DNA of 64,000 bases. Source: Clostridiales bacterium Firm_16 (GTDB taxonomy: Bacteria; Bacillota; Clostridia; Saccharofermentanales; Saccharofermentanaceae). Within the stretch, counting starts at the first letter, position 1. Each line of letters begins with the position of its first letter. This document shows positions 10,159 to 18,900 of this stretch, in pieces. The position numbers and the translations under genes were made by a program. The stretch spans positions 46,999-110,998 of the forward strand of contig LVAV01000098.1 of assembly GCA_001604185.1 (NCBI GenBank), read 5' to 3'. The notes beneath the pieces were generated by a model. That model was not told where the DNA came from and searched no databases. It saw only the letters and a list, made by a program, of their open reading frames with translations.

Positions 10159-10430
10159 CAGGCGTCACCGCCTTCCTCTTTCTGCTCGAAAAGCGACGAT
10201 ACCTGTTCTGCATCGACTTTACAGTGGAGTCCCGCATCAAAGCGATGCTGCTTGATGGCCTTCTCCAGGCACTCCGGATTGGAACAAACATATGCTCCAC
10301 GTCCCGGCATCCTTCCTGTGGGATCCACCTTGACTTCTCCGTCCGGAGACGCCACGATGCGGGTCAACTCCTTCTTCGGGAACCGCTCCCGGCAGGTCAC
10401 GCACATTCTCATTGGTATCTTCTTCGCCAT
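10158..10430 (-). CDS. ylxR: YlxR/RnpM family (DUF448) RNA-binding protein
   Basis: 90 aa with PMRMCVTCRERFPKKELTRIV...GRGAYVC. It sits in the canonical slot after nusA. Confidence 0.75.
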   Translation of the reverse strand: MAKKIPMRMCVTCRERFPKKELTRIVASPDGEVKVDPTGRMPGRGAYVCSNPECLEKAIKQHRFDAGLHCKVDAEQVSSLFEQKEEGGDA

Positions 10431-10466
10431 ATCCGAATGTCCTCTTCGCTCTCGATAGTGCTTACC

Positions 10467-11606
10467 TTAAGCCTGCTCGTCCGAATCCGGAACGTCATCA
10501 ACGACAGTAAAGTTCGCCTCGAAATCATCCTTGACCATCTGCTGGAACTGGGATGTGCTCTTGATATCGATCTTCCAGCCGGTCAGTCTTGCAGCAAGAC
10601 GTACATTCTGTCCGGAACGGCCGATTGCCAGAGAATACTGCTGATCCGGTACTACGACCTGAGCATTCATCTCCTTGGTACCATCCTCGTTGGTGATGAT
10701 CTCTGTATCTACACGCTCAACCTTTGCCGGAGAGAGTGCATTGCTGATATAGATCGCCGGATCCTCGCTGTACTGGATCACATCGATCTTCTCCTGACCC
10801 AGCTCATCCATGATAGCCTGGATACGTGTGCCACGCTGACCTACGCATGCGCCCAGCGGATCTACATCCGGATCACGGGAAACAACGGCAACCTTGGAAC
10901 GGGAACCGGCCTCACGGGCAACGGATACGATCTCTACGATACCATCGTGGATCTCCGGAACTTCCTGCTCCAGGAGTTTCTTGACCAGCATCGGATGACT
11001 TCTGGAAACAATGATCACCGGACGCTCCTTCTGTGTCTCGACGCGGAGGATGAGGAACTTCATTCTCTTATTGAACTCATATGTCTCACCCTTGACCTGT
11101 TCCTTTCTCGGGAGGGTCGCCTCAGCACGGTCGATGTCTACGAACACGTACTTGTCATCGGTTCTCTGGATCACGCCGGATGCCAGCTCGTTGATCTTAT
11201 CGGAGAACTCCGACTCGATGCGGTTATTCTCTGTATCACGAAGTTTCTTGTTGATGGCAGCCTTAGCAGCGCCGGCAGCCAGACGTCCCAGAGACTCAAC
11301 AGGGATCGTCATGTCGATGGTATCGCCCTCTTCCAGGTCGGAATCGATCTCCTGTGCTTCTTCCAGAGAAATCTGTGTGTTCGGATCCGTTACTTCCTTA
11401 ACGACTTCCAGTGTTTCGAAGATCGAGATCTCACCGGTCTCGCGGTCGATCTCAGCGGAAACTTCCGAGTTCAGTTTCGTGGAAGAGAACTCTCTCTTAT
11501 AAGCAGTAACAAGAGCTTCCTCGATCGATTCGAAAAGCATCTCCTCTTCGAGACCTCTCTCTTTGCACAATGCACGGATCGCCTGCAACAATTCTTCGTT
11601 TTTCAT
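10467..11606 (-). CDS. nusA: Transcription termination/antitermination factor NusA
   Basis: 379 aa with an N-terminal domain, an S1 domain and two KH domains (GACVGQRGTRIQ, AIGRSGQNVRLAARLTGWKIDI). Confidence 0.95.
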   Translation of the reverse strand: MKNEELLQAIRALCKERGLEEEMLFESIEEALVTAYKREFSSTKLNSEVSAEIDRETGEISIFETLEVVKEVTDPNTQISLEEAQEIDSDLEEGDTIDMTIPVESLGRLAAGAAKAAINKKLRDTENNRIESEFSDKINELASGVIQRTDDKYVFVDIDRAEATLPRKEQVKGETYEFNKRMKFLILRVETQKERPVIIVSRSHPMLVKKLLEQEVPEIHDGIVEIVSVAREAGSRSKVAVVSRDPDVDPLGACVGQRGTRIQAIMDELGQEKIDVIQYSEDPAIYISNALSPAKVERVDTEIITNEDGTKEMNAQVVVPDQQYSLAIGRSGQNVRLAARLTGWKIDIKSTSQFQQMVKDDFEANFTVVDDVPDSDEQA

Positions 11607-11642
11607 AAAATCTCTCCTTTATTATTCACCTTTATAATCGGC

Positions 11643-12104
11643 TTAGAATTTCAGTGTTCTCTGGGCCTTCGCAATCTGTGCCCACTCTATCGTAATTGTT
11701 TCTTTACCCGTATCAAGCTCCAGCTTCTCCTCATCGGCATTCGCGATGATCCCTTCCAGATGCTTCTGTCCGTTCAAGGGAGAAAACAGGGAGACTTCGA
11801 TCTCCTCGCCCTGGTGACGCAGATAATCCGCCAGACAGGTAAAGGGCCGGGTCGCTCCCGGAGAGGATACTTCAAAGTAATCCGGATCTGCATGGATCTT
11901 GCCTTCCATCGCCGTATCCAGTTCACGGCTCACGGCTTCGCAATCCTCGATGGAGATGCCGCCGCGCTTATCGATAAACATGCGAAGAAAGTAGTACTGT
12001 CCTTCTTTCTTATACTCGCAGTCCACCAGGTCGAAACCCAAAGATTTCACGATCGGTTCCGCCACATCGAAAGCTTCCTGCGCAAGCTTGGATCTGCCTT
12101 TCAT
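11643..12104 (-). CDS. rimP: Ribosome maturation factor RimP
   Basis: Its position upstream of nusA, the LRMFIDKRGGISIEDCEAVSRELD block and the SSPG motif. I chose the start at ATG 12104, preceded by GGAGGG. Confidence 0.8.
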   Translation of the reverse strand: MKGRSKLAQEAFDVAEPIVKSLGFDLVDCEYKKEGQYYFLRMFIDKRGGISIEDCEAVSRELDTAMEGKIHADPDYFEVSSPGATRPFTCLADYLRHQGEEIEVSLFSPLNGQKHLEGIIANADEEKLELDTGKETITIEWAQIAKAQRTLKF

Positions 12105-12301
12105 ATTCCCTCCATTGACTGATAAACAAAAGAGCGGGCCAAAACCCACTCTCATGAATCAACTACTCTAGCAACGGTAATATGATAACACTTATATATT
12201 ATATTAGCAAGCGTTTTCCCGAAAAAGTAAGGATCCGACAACTCTTTCTCCTTTTTTGTTTTATTTACACAAGTTTAACCAATTTTTTGTATCATTTGCT
12301 A

Positions 12302-12330
12302 TTCAAATTATCCAAGATATCATGTAGAAT
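12302..12330 (+). promoter_or_regulatory. Candidate promoter (TTCAAA-17 nt incl. TG-TAGAAT)
   Basis: The sequence reads aTTCAAAttatccaagatatcaTGTAGAATag, about 50 nt upstream of the 12383 start. Confidence 0.3.
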
Positions 12331-12382
12331 AGTATTAATCCAAAAGGTGTTGGATAATCAACAAAACAAGGAGATGATGCCA

Positions 12383-12787
12383 ATGATAAAGGTAATTGCA
12401 GGAGAAAAGGGAACAGGAAAGACAGCCCAGCTGGTTGAGGATATCAATGAGCAGGCAACAACAGACAACAACATCGTATGCATCCAGCGCGGACACCGCC
12501 TCGACAGACTTTTGAAGTACAGAGTCCGCCTCGTAGACTTAGATGAATATCCGGTAGAAGGTTTCGAACAGTTCTTGAGTTTCGTAGCCGGTATTTGTGC
12601 CAAGGACTATGACGTTACACACATTTACGTAGACAGCATCCTGAAGATCACAGGAGAAACAGATTACGAAAGATTTGGAGCTTTCCTTGATAAGTTCAAT
12701 TCTTTCCTGGGGGACAAAATTACAGCGACAATCATCTGCAGCCGCGCGGCTGACGTTCTTCCTGAGAGCGTAACCAAGTACTGCTGA
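12383..12787 (+). CDS. Small P-loop protein, function unknown
   Basis: Walker A AGEKGTGKT near the N-terminus. I chose the start at the third ATG (MIKVIAG), 9 nt after AAGGAG. The long upstream extension in the track (from 12182) lies in AT-rich promoter-like DNA. Confidence 0.6.
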   Translation: MIKVIAGEKGTGKTAQLVEDINEQATTDNNIVCIQRGHRLDRLLKYRVRLVDLDEYPVEGFEQFLSFVAGICAKDYDVTHIYVDSILKITGETDYERFGAFLDKFNSFLGDKITATIICSRAADVLPESVTKYC

Positions 12788-12826
12788 GAAATATAAACAA
12801 CGCATCCAAAACTAAACAGAAAAATC

Positions 12827-12858
12827 GAAGAGGTTGTCTCAACAGAGGCAACCTCTTC
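12827..12858. terminator. Hairpin between convergent genes (bidirectional terminator candidate)
   Basis: gaagaggttgtctc-aaca-gaggcaacctcttc forms a 14-bp stem with one G-U pair. It lies between the 12787 (+) and 12937 (-) stops. Confidence 0.6.
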
Positions 12859-12936
12859 TCATCTGATCCGCTTTTGGGTTACAGTGAAAACTCAACAGCA
12901 ACTCGATACGTTTTTCTCTCAATGATCTCACCATCT

Positions 12937-14694
12937 TTATAGGTGAATAAGTTCACTGAACGATGCAACATCCATCTCGCCCAGTTCCTGCTTTCCTTCT
13001 TCCGCATCGCGGCTTCGGACAGACATGGAGTGATTCTTCATCTCCGTCTCTCCCACCACGATGATGTACGGCACTTTCTCCATTCTTGCCGCGCGGATCT
13101 TGTAACCCAGTTTCTCATCCGATTCGTCAAGTTCCACACGTACATCCTTCTCACTCAGTTCAGAAGCCAAGGACTTAGCATATGCAAGATACTTGTCCGA
13201 TACCGGAAGGATCTTTGCCTGTACCGGAGAAAGCCATACCGGGAATTTTCCTGCATAGTGTTCGATCAGGATGCCGAGGAAACGGTCAATGGAACCAAAC
13301 ACGACACGGTGCAGCATGATTGGTCTGTGCTTCTCGCCATCTTGTCCGATGTAGTCGAGATCAAATCTCTGTGGAAGTTGGAAATCCAGCTGGATCGTGC
13401 CGCATTGCCACGTTCTTCCGATGGAGTCCTTGATATGGAAGTCCAGCTTCGGTCCGTAAAAAGCTCCGTCGCCTTCGTTGATGGCATAGGGTTTTCCAAC
13501 CCCTTCCACAGCGGACTTAAGTGAGTTGATCGCCAGTTCCCATTCTTCATCACTGCCAATGGAATTCTCCGGTCTCGTAGACAGTTCGATCTCATACTTA
13601 AATCCGAATCGTCCATAGAACTCATCGATCAGACGCATGACACCCTGGATCTCTGATTCCACCTGGTCTTCCCGCATAAAGATATGGGCATCATCCTGCG
13701 TGAAACATCTGGCGCGCATCAGGCCATGGAGCGTACCCGACTTTTCTGCGCGGTGCACGATACCAAGCTCACCGACACGCATCGGGAATTCTTTGTAAGA
13801 ATGCTGCTTGGATTTATAAACCAGCATACCGCCCGGACAGTTCATGGGTTTGATCGCATAATCCATATCGTCCACACTCGTCGTATACATATTCTCTCTG
13901 TAGTGATCCCAGTGACCGGATTTTTCCCAGAGCGATCTCACCAGCATGATCGGCGTACTGATCTCCTGATACCCTTCTCTTCTATGGATCTTTCTCCAGT
14001 AGTCGATCAGAAGATTCTTCATCATGAGTCCCTTCGGGAAATAAAACGGAAGTCCCGGACCTTCATCCATCAACGCGAAAAGCTCTAGTTCTTTGCCCAG
14101 TTTTCTATGATCTCTTGCACGCGCTTCCTCGAGCTGGTGCAGGTATTCTTCCAGCATAGAAGCCTTCGGGAACGAGATTCCATAGATTCTCGTGAGCATC
14201 GGGTTATGCTCGTCACCGCGCCAGTAGGCTCCCGCTACCGAGAGAAGCTTAATCGCCTTAATGTGACTGACGTTCCCGATATGCGGTCCGGCACAGAACT
14301 CAGCATAATCCCCCTGTTTATAGAACGTGATACGTACATCTTCCGGCATCTCGCGGATCAGTTCCATCTTGAAGGACTCATTTCTTTCTTCCATGTACGC
14401 ATACGCTTCGTCTTTACTTACCTCGTACACCTGAAGTGAAAGCGATTCTTTCACGATCTCTTTCATCTTCTCTTCCACTGCACGAAGATGTTCTTCGGAG
14501 AAAGGGAAACCGAAATCGAAGTCATAGTAGAATCCGTTCTCGATCGCAGGACCGATGGCGCACTTTGCCTCCGGATACAGACGCTTCACCGCCTGCGCCA
14601 GAACATGTGCACTCGTGTGCCAGAAAGCCTTTTTCCCTTCTTTGCTTTCAAATGCCGCTTCCAAAACCTGTTGATCATTCAATAAAATCTTCAT
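12937..14694 (-). CDS. thrS: Threonine--tRNA ligase, lacking the N-terminal TGS domain
   Basis: Editing-domain HTSAHVLAQAVKRLYP, class II catalytic motifs (FPMRVGELGIVHRAEKSG, RCFTQDDAHIF, QCGTIQLDF) and an anticodon-binding C-terminus. I chose the start at ATG 14694, preceded by AAGGAGG. Confidence 0.9.
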   Translation of the reverse strand: MKILLNDQQVLEAAFESKEGKKAFWHTSAHVLAQAVKRLYPEAKCAIGPAIENGFYYDFDFGFPFSEEHLRAVEEKMKEIVKESLSLQVYEVSKDEAYAYMEERNESFKMELIREMPEDVRITFYKQGDYAEFCAGPHIGNVSHIKAIKLLSVAGAYWRGDEHNPMLTRIYGISFPKASMLEEYLHQLEEARARDHRKLGKELELFALMDEGPGLPFYFPKGLMMKNLLIDYWRKIHRREGYQEISTPIMLVRSLWEKSGHWDHYRENMYTTSVDDMDYAIKPMNCPGGMLVYKSKQHSYKEFPMRVGELGIVHRAEKSGTLHGLMRARCFTQDDAHIFMREDQVESEIQGVMRLIDEFYGRFGFKYEIELSTRPENSIGSDEEWELAINSLKSAVEGVGKPYAINEGDGAFYGPKLDFHIKDSIGRTWQCGTIQLDFQLPQRFDLDYIGQDGEKHRPIMLHRVVFGSIDRFLGILIEHYAGKFPVWLSPVQAKILPVSDKYLAYAKSLASELSEKDVRVELDESDEKLGYKIRAARMEKVPYIIVVGETEMKNHSMSVRSRDAEEGKQELGEMDVASFSELIHL

Positions 14695-14744
14695 AATGTG
14701 TTGCCTCCTTTTGCTTTGAATCAATAGGTGTATATTCGCAACAA

Positions 14745-14985
14745 CATAAGAAAAGCACCCCAAAGATCACCTCGATCTTAAGGGTGCACTAATGCACGGT
14801 TCCACCTTAACTTTTCACTTCAGATTCCAACAAATCCTAGCCTTTAACGCAGACATACGGTAACACTTACTGTTATTTCAGCATTACAGCTCGGGAATGG
14901 TTTTCGTCCGCTATCCTCATAAGTGACTTCCACCATATGTCACTCTCTCTGGCTGATTCACTACGGACTACTCTTTTCCGTCAAT
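14745..14985 (-). promoter_or_regulatory. T-box leader (Thr, specifier ACC) with terminator/antiterminator
   Basis: The minus strand shows, in order: AGAGAG, GGTGGAAGT in the distal region, and a specifier-loop-like GACGAAAACCA (ACC followed by a purine). Next comes the T-box sequence AAGGTGGAACCGTGC, then the terminator GCACCC...GGGGTGC followed by TTTTCTT (stem 14754-14789). Confidence 0.8.
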
Positions 14986-15008
14986 GCTTTTCTTATGTTA
15001 TTATGCTG

Positions 15009-15038
15009 ATAGTAGCAGAAGATTCCTGCTCGTGTCAA
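15009..15038 (-). promoter_or_regulatory. Candidate promoter of the thrS leader (TTGACA-18 nt-TACTAT)
   Basis: The minus strand reads cggcTTGACAcgagcaggaatcttctgcTACTATcagc, directly upstream of the T-box leader. Confidence 0.45.
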
Positions 15039-15146
15039 GCCGATCCATACATGAAAACTGTTGAAAAAATCAGAGCTGATTTCCCATCAGAGAATCACCA
15101 TTCCAAAGCACAAGTAAATACTGGCGCATCTGCAAGGATTTGCGTA

Positions 15147-15220
15147 GCACATTATTGCACACTCGAATTCGGTTTAGCACAGACTGAGTAATAAAATAAT
15201 AACGTCTCAGCGCGTTTACG
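15147..15220. repeat. Direct repeat copy 1 flanking the AT-rich islet
   Basis: gcacattattgcacactcGaattcGGtttagcacagactgag ... agcgcgtttacg. The 42-nt block differs from the copy at 19418 at 3 positions. A divergent A-rich spacer follows, then an identical 12-mer. Confidence 0.75.
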
Positions 15221-15247
15221 GCTCCTACATATTTCCAAAGTGCACCT

Positions 15248-15907
15248 TCATCTACCTGATAACTCCTTTTTCCTTTTTTGTAAAAGGATAAAGTACAATA
15301 CAAACCACAAGACAATACTACTCGAGATTGAAATCACAAACGCTTTCGGATGAAACAGTTTCGGGCGCGTAACCTCTTCAATACTCGTCCATTCAACAGG
15401 AATCTCCATTAGTTCACCATGGGAGGCATAGGTAACAAATTGACCAGACAAATCTCCATCAACTGAATATACACTTTTCAGATGACCACTTTCAATAGTA
15501 GATGCTGTAACAAAGATATCGAAATTCTGTGGGTTGGCAGAGATATCTCTCAGCACTGAAGTCAACTGCTCCTCTGACATATATGAATCGGGATCGTTGG
15601 GCAAATTGATTCTGCTGTTTTCTATATCGATAAGGGCGGGTACATAAACGATTATCGTGCTTTCACTCCGTATCCATTTGTATGTCCATCCCACACTAGA
15701 GGTGCATTTTTCAACTAACAGTTTTTCTTTGTCGTCCACACTCAAGTAATACACCGGCGCTTCAGAGGCGAGTGAAAAATTTGCTCGCGTTACAATTTCA
15801 TCCGGACTGATTAATTGTTTTATTTCCTTCGAAATAAAGATAGAATATAAAGCCAATCCAAGCAAACTACAGAGGATGACATTAGTCAGCATTCTTGTTT
15901 TTCCCAC
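15248..15907 (-). CDS. Hypothetical bitopic membrane protein (TM helix at each end)
   Basis: 219-aa ORF with a GTG start preceded by GAGAGG at 8 nt. It has an N-terminal hydrophobic helix (LTNVILCSLLGLALYSIFI) and a C-terminal helix (ISISSSIVLWFVLYFILL) followed by a KRKK stop-transfer. It begins 24 nt after the large upstream gene. Confidence 0.6.
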   Translation of the reverse strand: MGKTRMLTNVILCSLLGLALYSIFISKEIKQLISPDEIVTRANFSLASEAPVYYLSVDDKEKLLVEKCTSSVGWTYKWIRSESTIIVYVPALIDIENSRINLPNDPDSYMSEEQLTSVLRDISANPQNFDIFVTASTIESGHLKSVYSVDGDLSGQFVTYASHGELMEIPVEWTSIEEVTRPKLFHPKAFVISISSSIVLWFVLYFILLQKRKKELSGR

Positions 15908-15931
15908 TTTACTGACCTCTCTTTCAACAAA

Positions 15932-18900
15932 TCACTGAAAATATGGAAGTGGCGGAAACCTATCCCCATACGACGTCACAACTACCCCACTTGCTGTATC
16001 AGAGAACGAATTATACGTTCCATAATCGTCCCCCCAAAATCTTGTCGAATAGCAATAGCCAAACTTATAACCAGTTTTCCCAGACCATGCAAAGACAACA
16101 CTGACAGATTTATGTTTAGCGAACTCTTTGGCAATACAAGTCCTTCCTAGTCCTCGATGATAGCCATCTCGTCCAGTAAAACAGACCTGAATATCTAAAA
16201 AACGCACTTCACACAACTGAGTTAATTTTCCTAAAACATCTTCAGATCTCAATGTTACATCACTTGCCATGCAATCAAAATCTATGGAGTTTTCATTATT
16301 GCCATGTGCAATAATCACACATGATTCGACACTAGAATAAGCAATTTTCTCACTTAACTGCTCTTTCTCCAAATCACAAGTCAAATGATTGAGCACATAC
16401 CATGGAACTTCATAAGAATAAAAATCTTTTTCCAATTCATCATATACCACTTTAACTTTCTCGCTCAGAGGGCTGTTTTCCCATATGTCGATTACCACAA
16501 CATTTTTGTCTTTGGCTTTAAACGCATTGATATATGGTTGTCTCATACGACTTAAAGAATCTTCCCCAGGATTATCTTTTCCAATTAATATGTAATTGAT
16601 TGTCCCATTCTTGCGTCTCGGTGTCGCATCCTCTCCATCATTGGCATGATCTCCATCCGTATCAGTTTCACTCGGATCAGAAATCACACTGTAAATTACC
16701 CAATCTCCCTGTCCAAAGCCGGCAAACGTAAGATAATTAGTATCATTTGAGTAAACCGGCTCGCCATCTACAGTAACATTTCCATGGTCATCCACAGACA
16801 GCTTGATCTCCGCACCCATTTCTTCTCTATCTGGTACACTGTCCTTGTCAGAATTTGGCTTTTCAGGATCAGAGTGATATATTGTGCCATTTGTTCCTAC
16901 CATTCCTTTATCTTCAGCAATATCAAGCAGACCGTCTTTATCTCCATCTGCGCCTTGATTCAGAAGGTATAGACGACAAAATTCATCATATGGGTTTTCC
17001 ACTCTATCACAGTCTATCAGACCACCTCTGGAATTAGCGTTGAAGATACTTATCGCATCAGATGAATAAGAACTATCAGGAAGTTCGAACAGATAGGTTG
17101 ACGGATATCCCCATCCGCTCAACTTTTTTATCCCGTCCGCAAGCATTGCTGCTCGTCCAGAATAAGAATAGGACAGTTTATTCTGGAAAATGACGGAAAC
17201 AATCTCATGCGAATCAAGAAATTTAATTCTGTTATCCAGATGAGGGGCTATAAAAAGCCAAGAAACCTCTCCACTTCCGGTCATACCACTCACAGAAGGA
17301 CAATAACTACTAATGCTTTCGTAAATGGATTTAAGTTCCGCCTTATCATTTATCGGATCCCAACCATTTTGCGTGTAATTACCAAAAACCCAGTTCATGC
17401 TCCAATCTACAAATTGAATACGATCAAATGGACGAAGATTATCAATGAATTGATATACGATTTCTGTCTGAGCGTTTAGTTGCTCACTCGACATTGTGTC
17501 GTCATATTGAACGCAAAGTACGTAATCAATTCCTCTGGATAGACCATTACTATCCGGATTTGTTGCTCTGTTTTGGCCATGTCTTTGAAGTTCATATGTC
17601 CAACGATAGTTCCATGCAACTTTCCAGTAAAGCATATACTCGCTGAAATGAGTAGTTTGGCAGGAAACCGTATTGTTATTCGTATCTACGGTTGCACCAC
17701 AATCTACAAAGAGCCCACTTTCTTCGTCGTACCAAAGAATACCCAAATCCTCTTCTCTAAACTCTTCATCGCATGTACTATCTTCAAGATTCATACTTTC
17801 TGTAGATAACTTAGTCTCGTCATAGTGAAAAGTGATCGTTGCTTCATCAAAGCTACCCTCATATTCGATACTGACAGGAACACCTACGAGGCTTACGAGG
17901 TCACTGCAGTATGAATCTTCGTTATACATATCCTTAATGGTCATAGCAGAACCCAGGCATCCTGTACCTGTAAGAGATACCTCAACTTTGTTAACCACAG
18001 GTCTTTCCGTATCTTCTATCACTTCACTTCGTACCTGAGGAAAGCGCTCCTGTCCATCCGGGATTCCGTCTCCATCACTATCATTACTCGTCGGACTTAA
18101 TCCAAGTTTTAGTTCATCTCCGTCTTCGATACCGTCTCCGTCTGTATCCTCATTAAGAGGATCTGTTCCATACATATGGATCTCCTCGCCATCCGAGATT
18201 CCATCAACATCAGAATCATCAGTCCACGTATAGGTTTCATGTTCGATTTCTTCCGCTAACGTCAGTCCATCACTGTCGTCATCTTCCTGCGAATCCGGAA
18301 TACCGTCGCCATCCGAATCGGCGGAAAGAGGATCCATACCCAATGCTACTTCCACACCATCTTCAATCCCGTCGTTGTCAGAATCCTTGGAATTCGGATC
18401 TGTTCCGAGTTGTTTCTCATAATAGTCCGGTACTCCGTCACCATCTGTGTCCAGTTCAAGATCAATATCCGGATCATCCTGTTGCTGTCCTTGTCCAACA
18501 CGCTCCAGAATATCGGCTATACCGTTATTGTTCTCATCCTGAGTCAGCATTATAGGATAAGTAATCGTTCTTACGGAAAGAAGTGTCAGCTGCAAGCCTG
18601 TTCCTTCTCCTCCATTGAAAGTTAAGGGAAGACTGGAATGCCCTTCGATATTTGCATTATTACCATTGTTGGAAAGTGTATAGCTCCCATCTTCATCCTG
18701 AGTAAGGATAGCATTGGATACTTCCGTTATCGGTCGGTTTGATGAAAAACGGATCGTCCAGTCCATGATCGGGAAATCAACATTGCTTTTCAGGGTAAGA
18801 CTTCCATTACAGCCTTGTCCCCAATCTGAATACAACTGTGTATTCACAGAGAGTGAAGATAGTTCTAATTCAAAAGTGTTCGTATTCAGGAACATAAAAG

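Noticed and set aside
7100-10255. 1051-aa plus-strand ORF
   Set aside because: It is the exact complement frame of infB and runs on across ylxQ and ylxR. The translation is low-complexity, Leu/Arg/Cys-rich nonsense, and there is no RBS. It is an antisense shadow caused by avoidance of TTA/CTA/TCA codons.
10137-12122. 661-aa plus-strand ORF
   Set aside because: A codon-aligned antisense shadow of nusA that extends over rimP and ylxR. It has no recognisable motifs.
12182-12382. N-terminal 67-aa extension of the small P-loop ORF in the track
   Set aside because: The extension lies in AT-rich promoter-like DNA with a candidate -35/-10 inside it. A strong AAGGAG lies just before the internal ATG cluster.
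15070-15315. 81-aa minus-strand ORF over direct-repeat copy 1, and the 122-aa ORF 19445-19813 over copy 2
   Set aside because: I checked whether the repeat could be a duplicated gene fragment. The two ORFs are in different contexts, have no RBS, and the second is mostly antisense or out of frame to the SPFH gene. I treat the repeat as non-coding.
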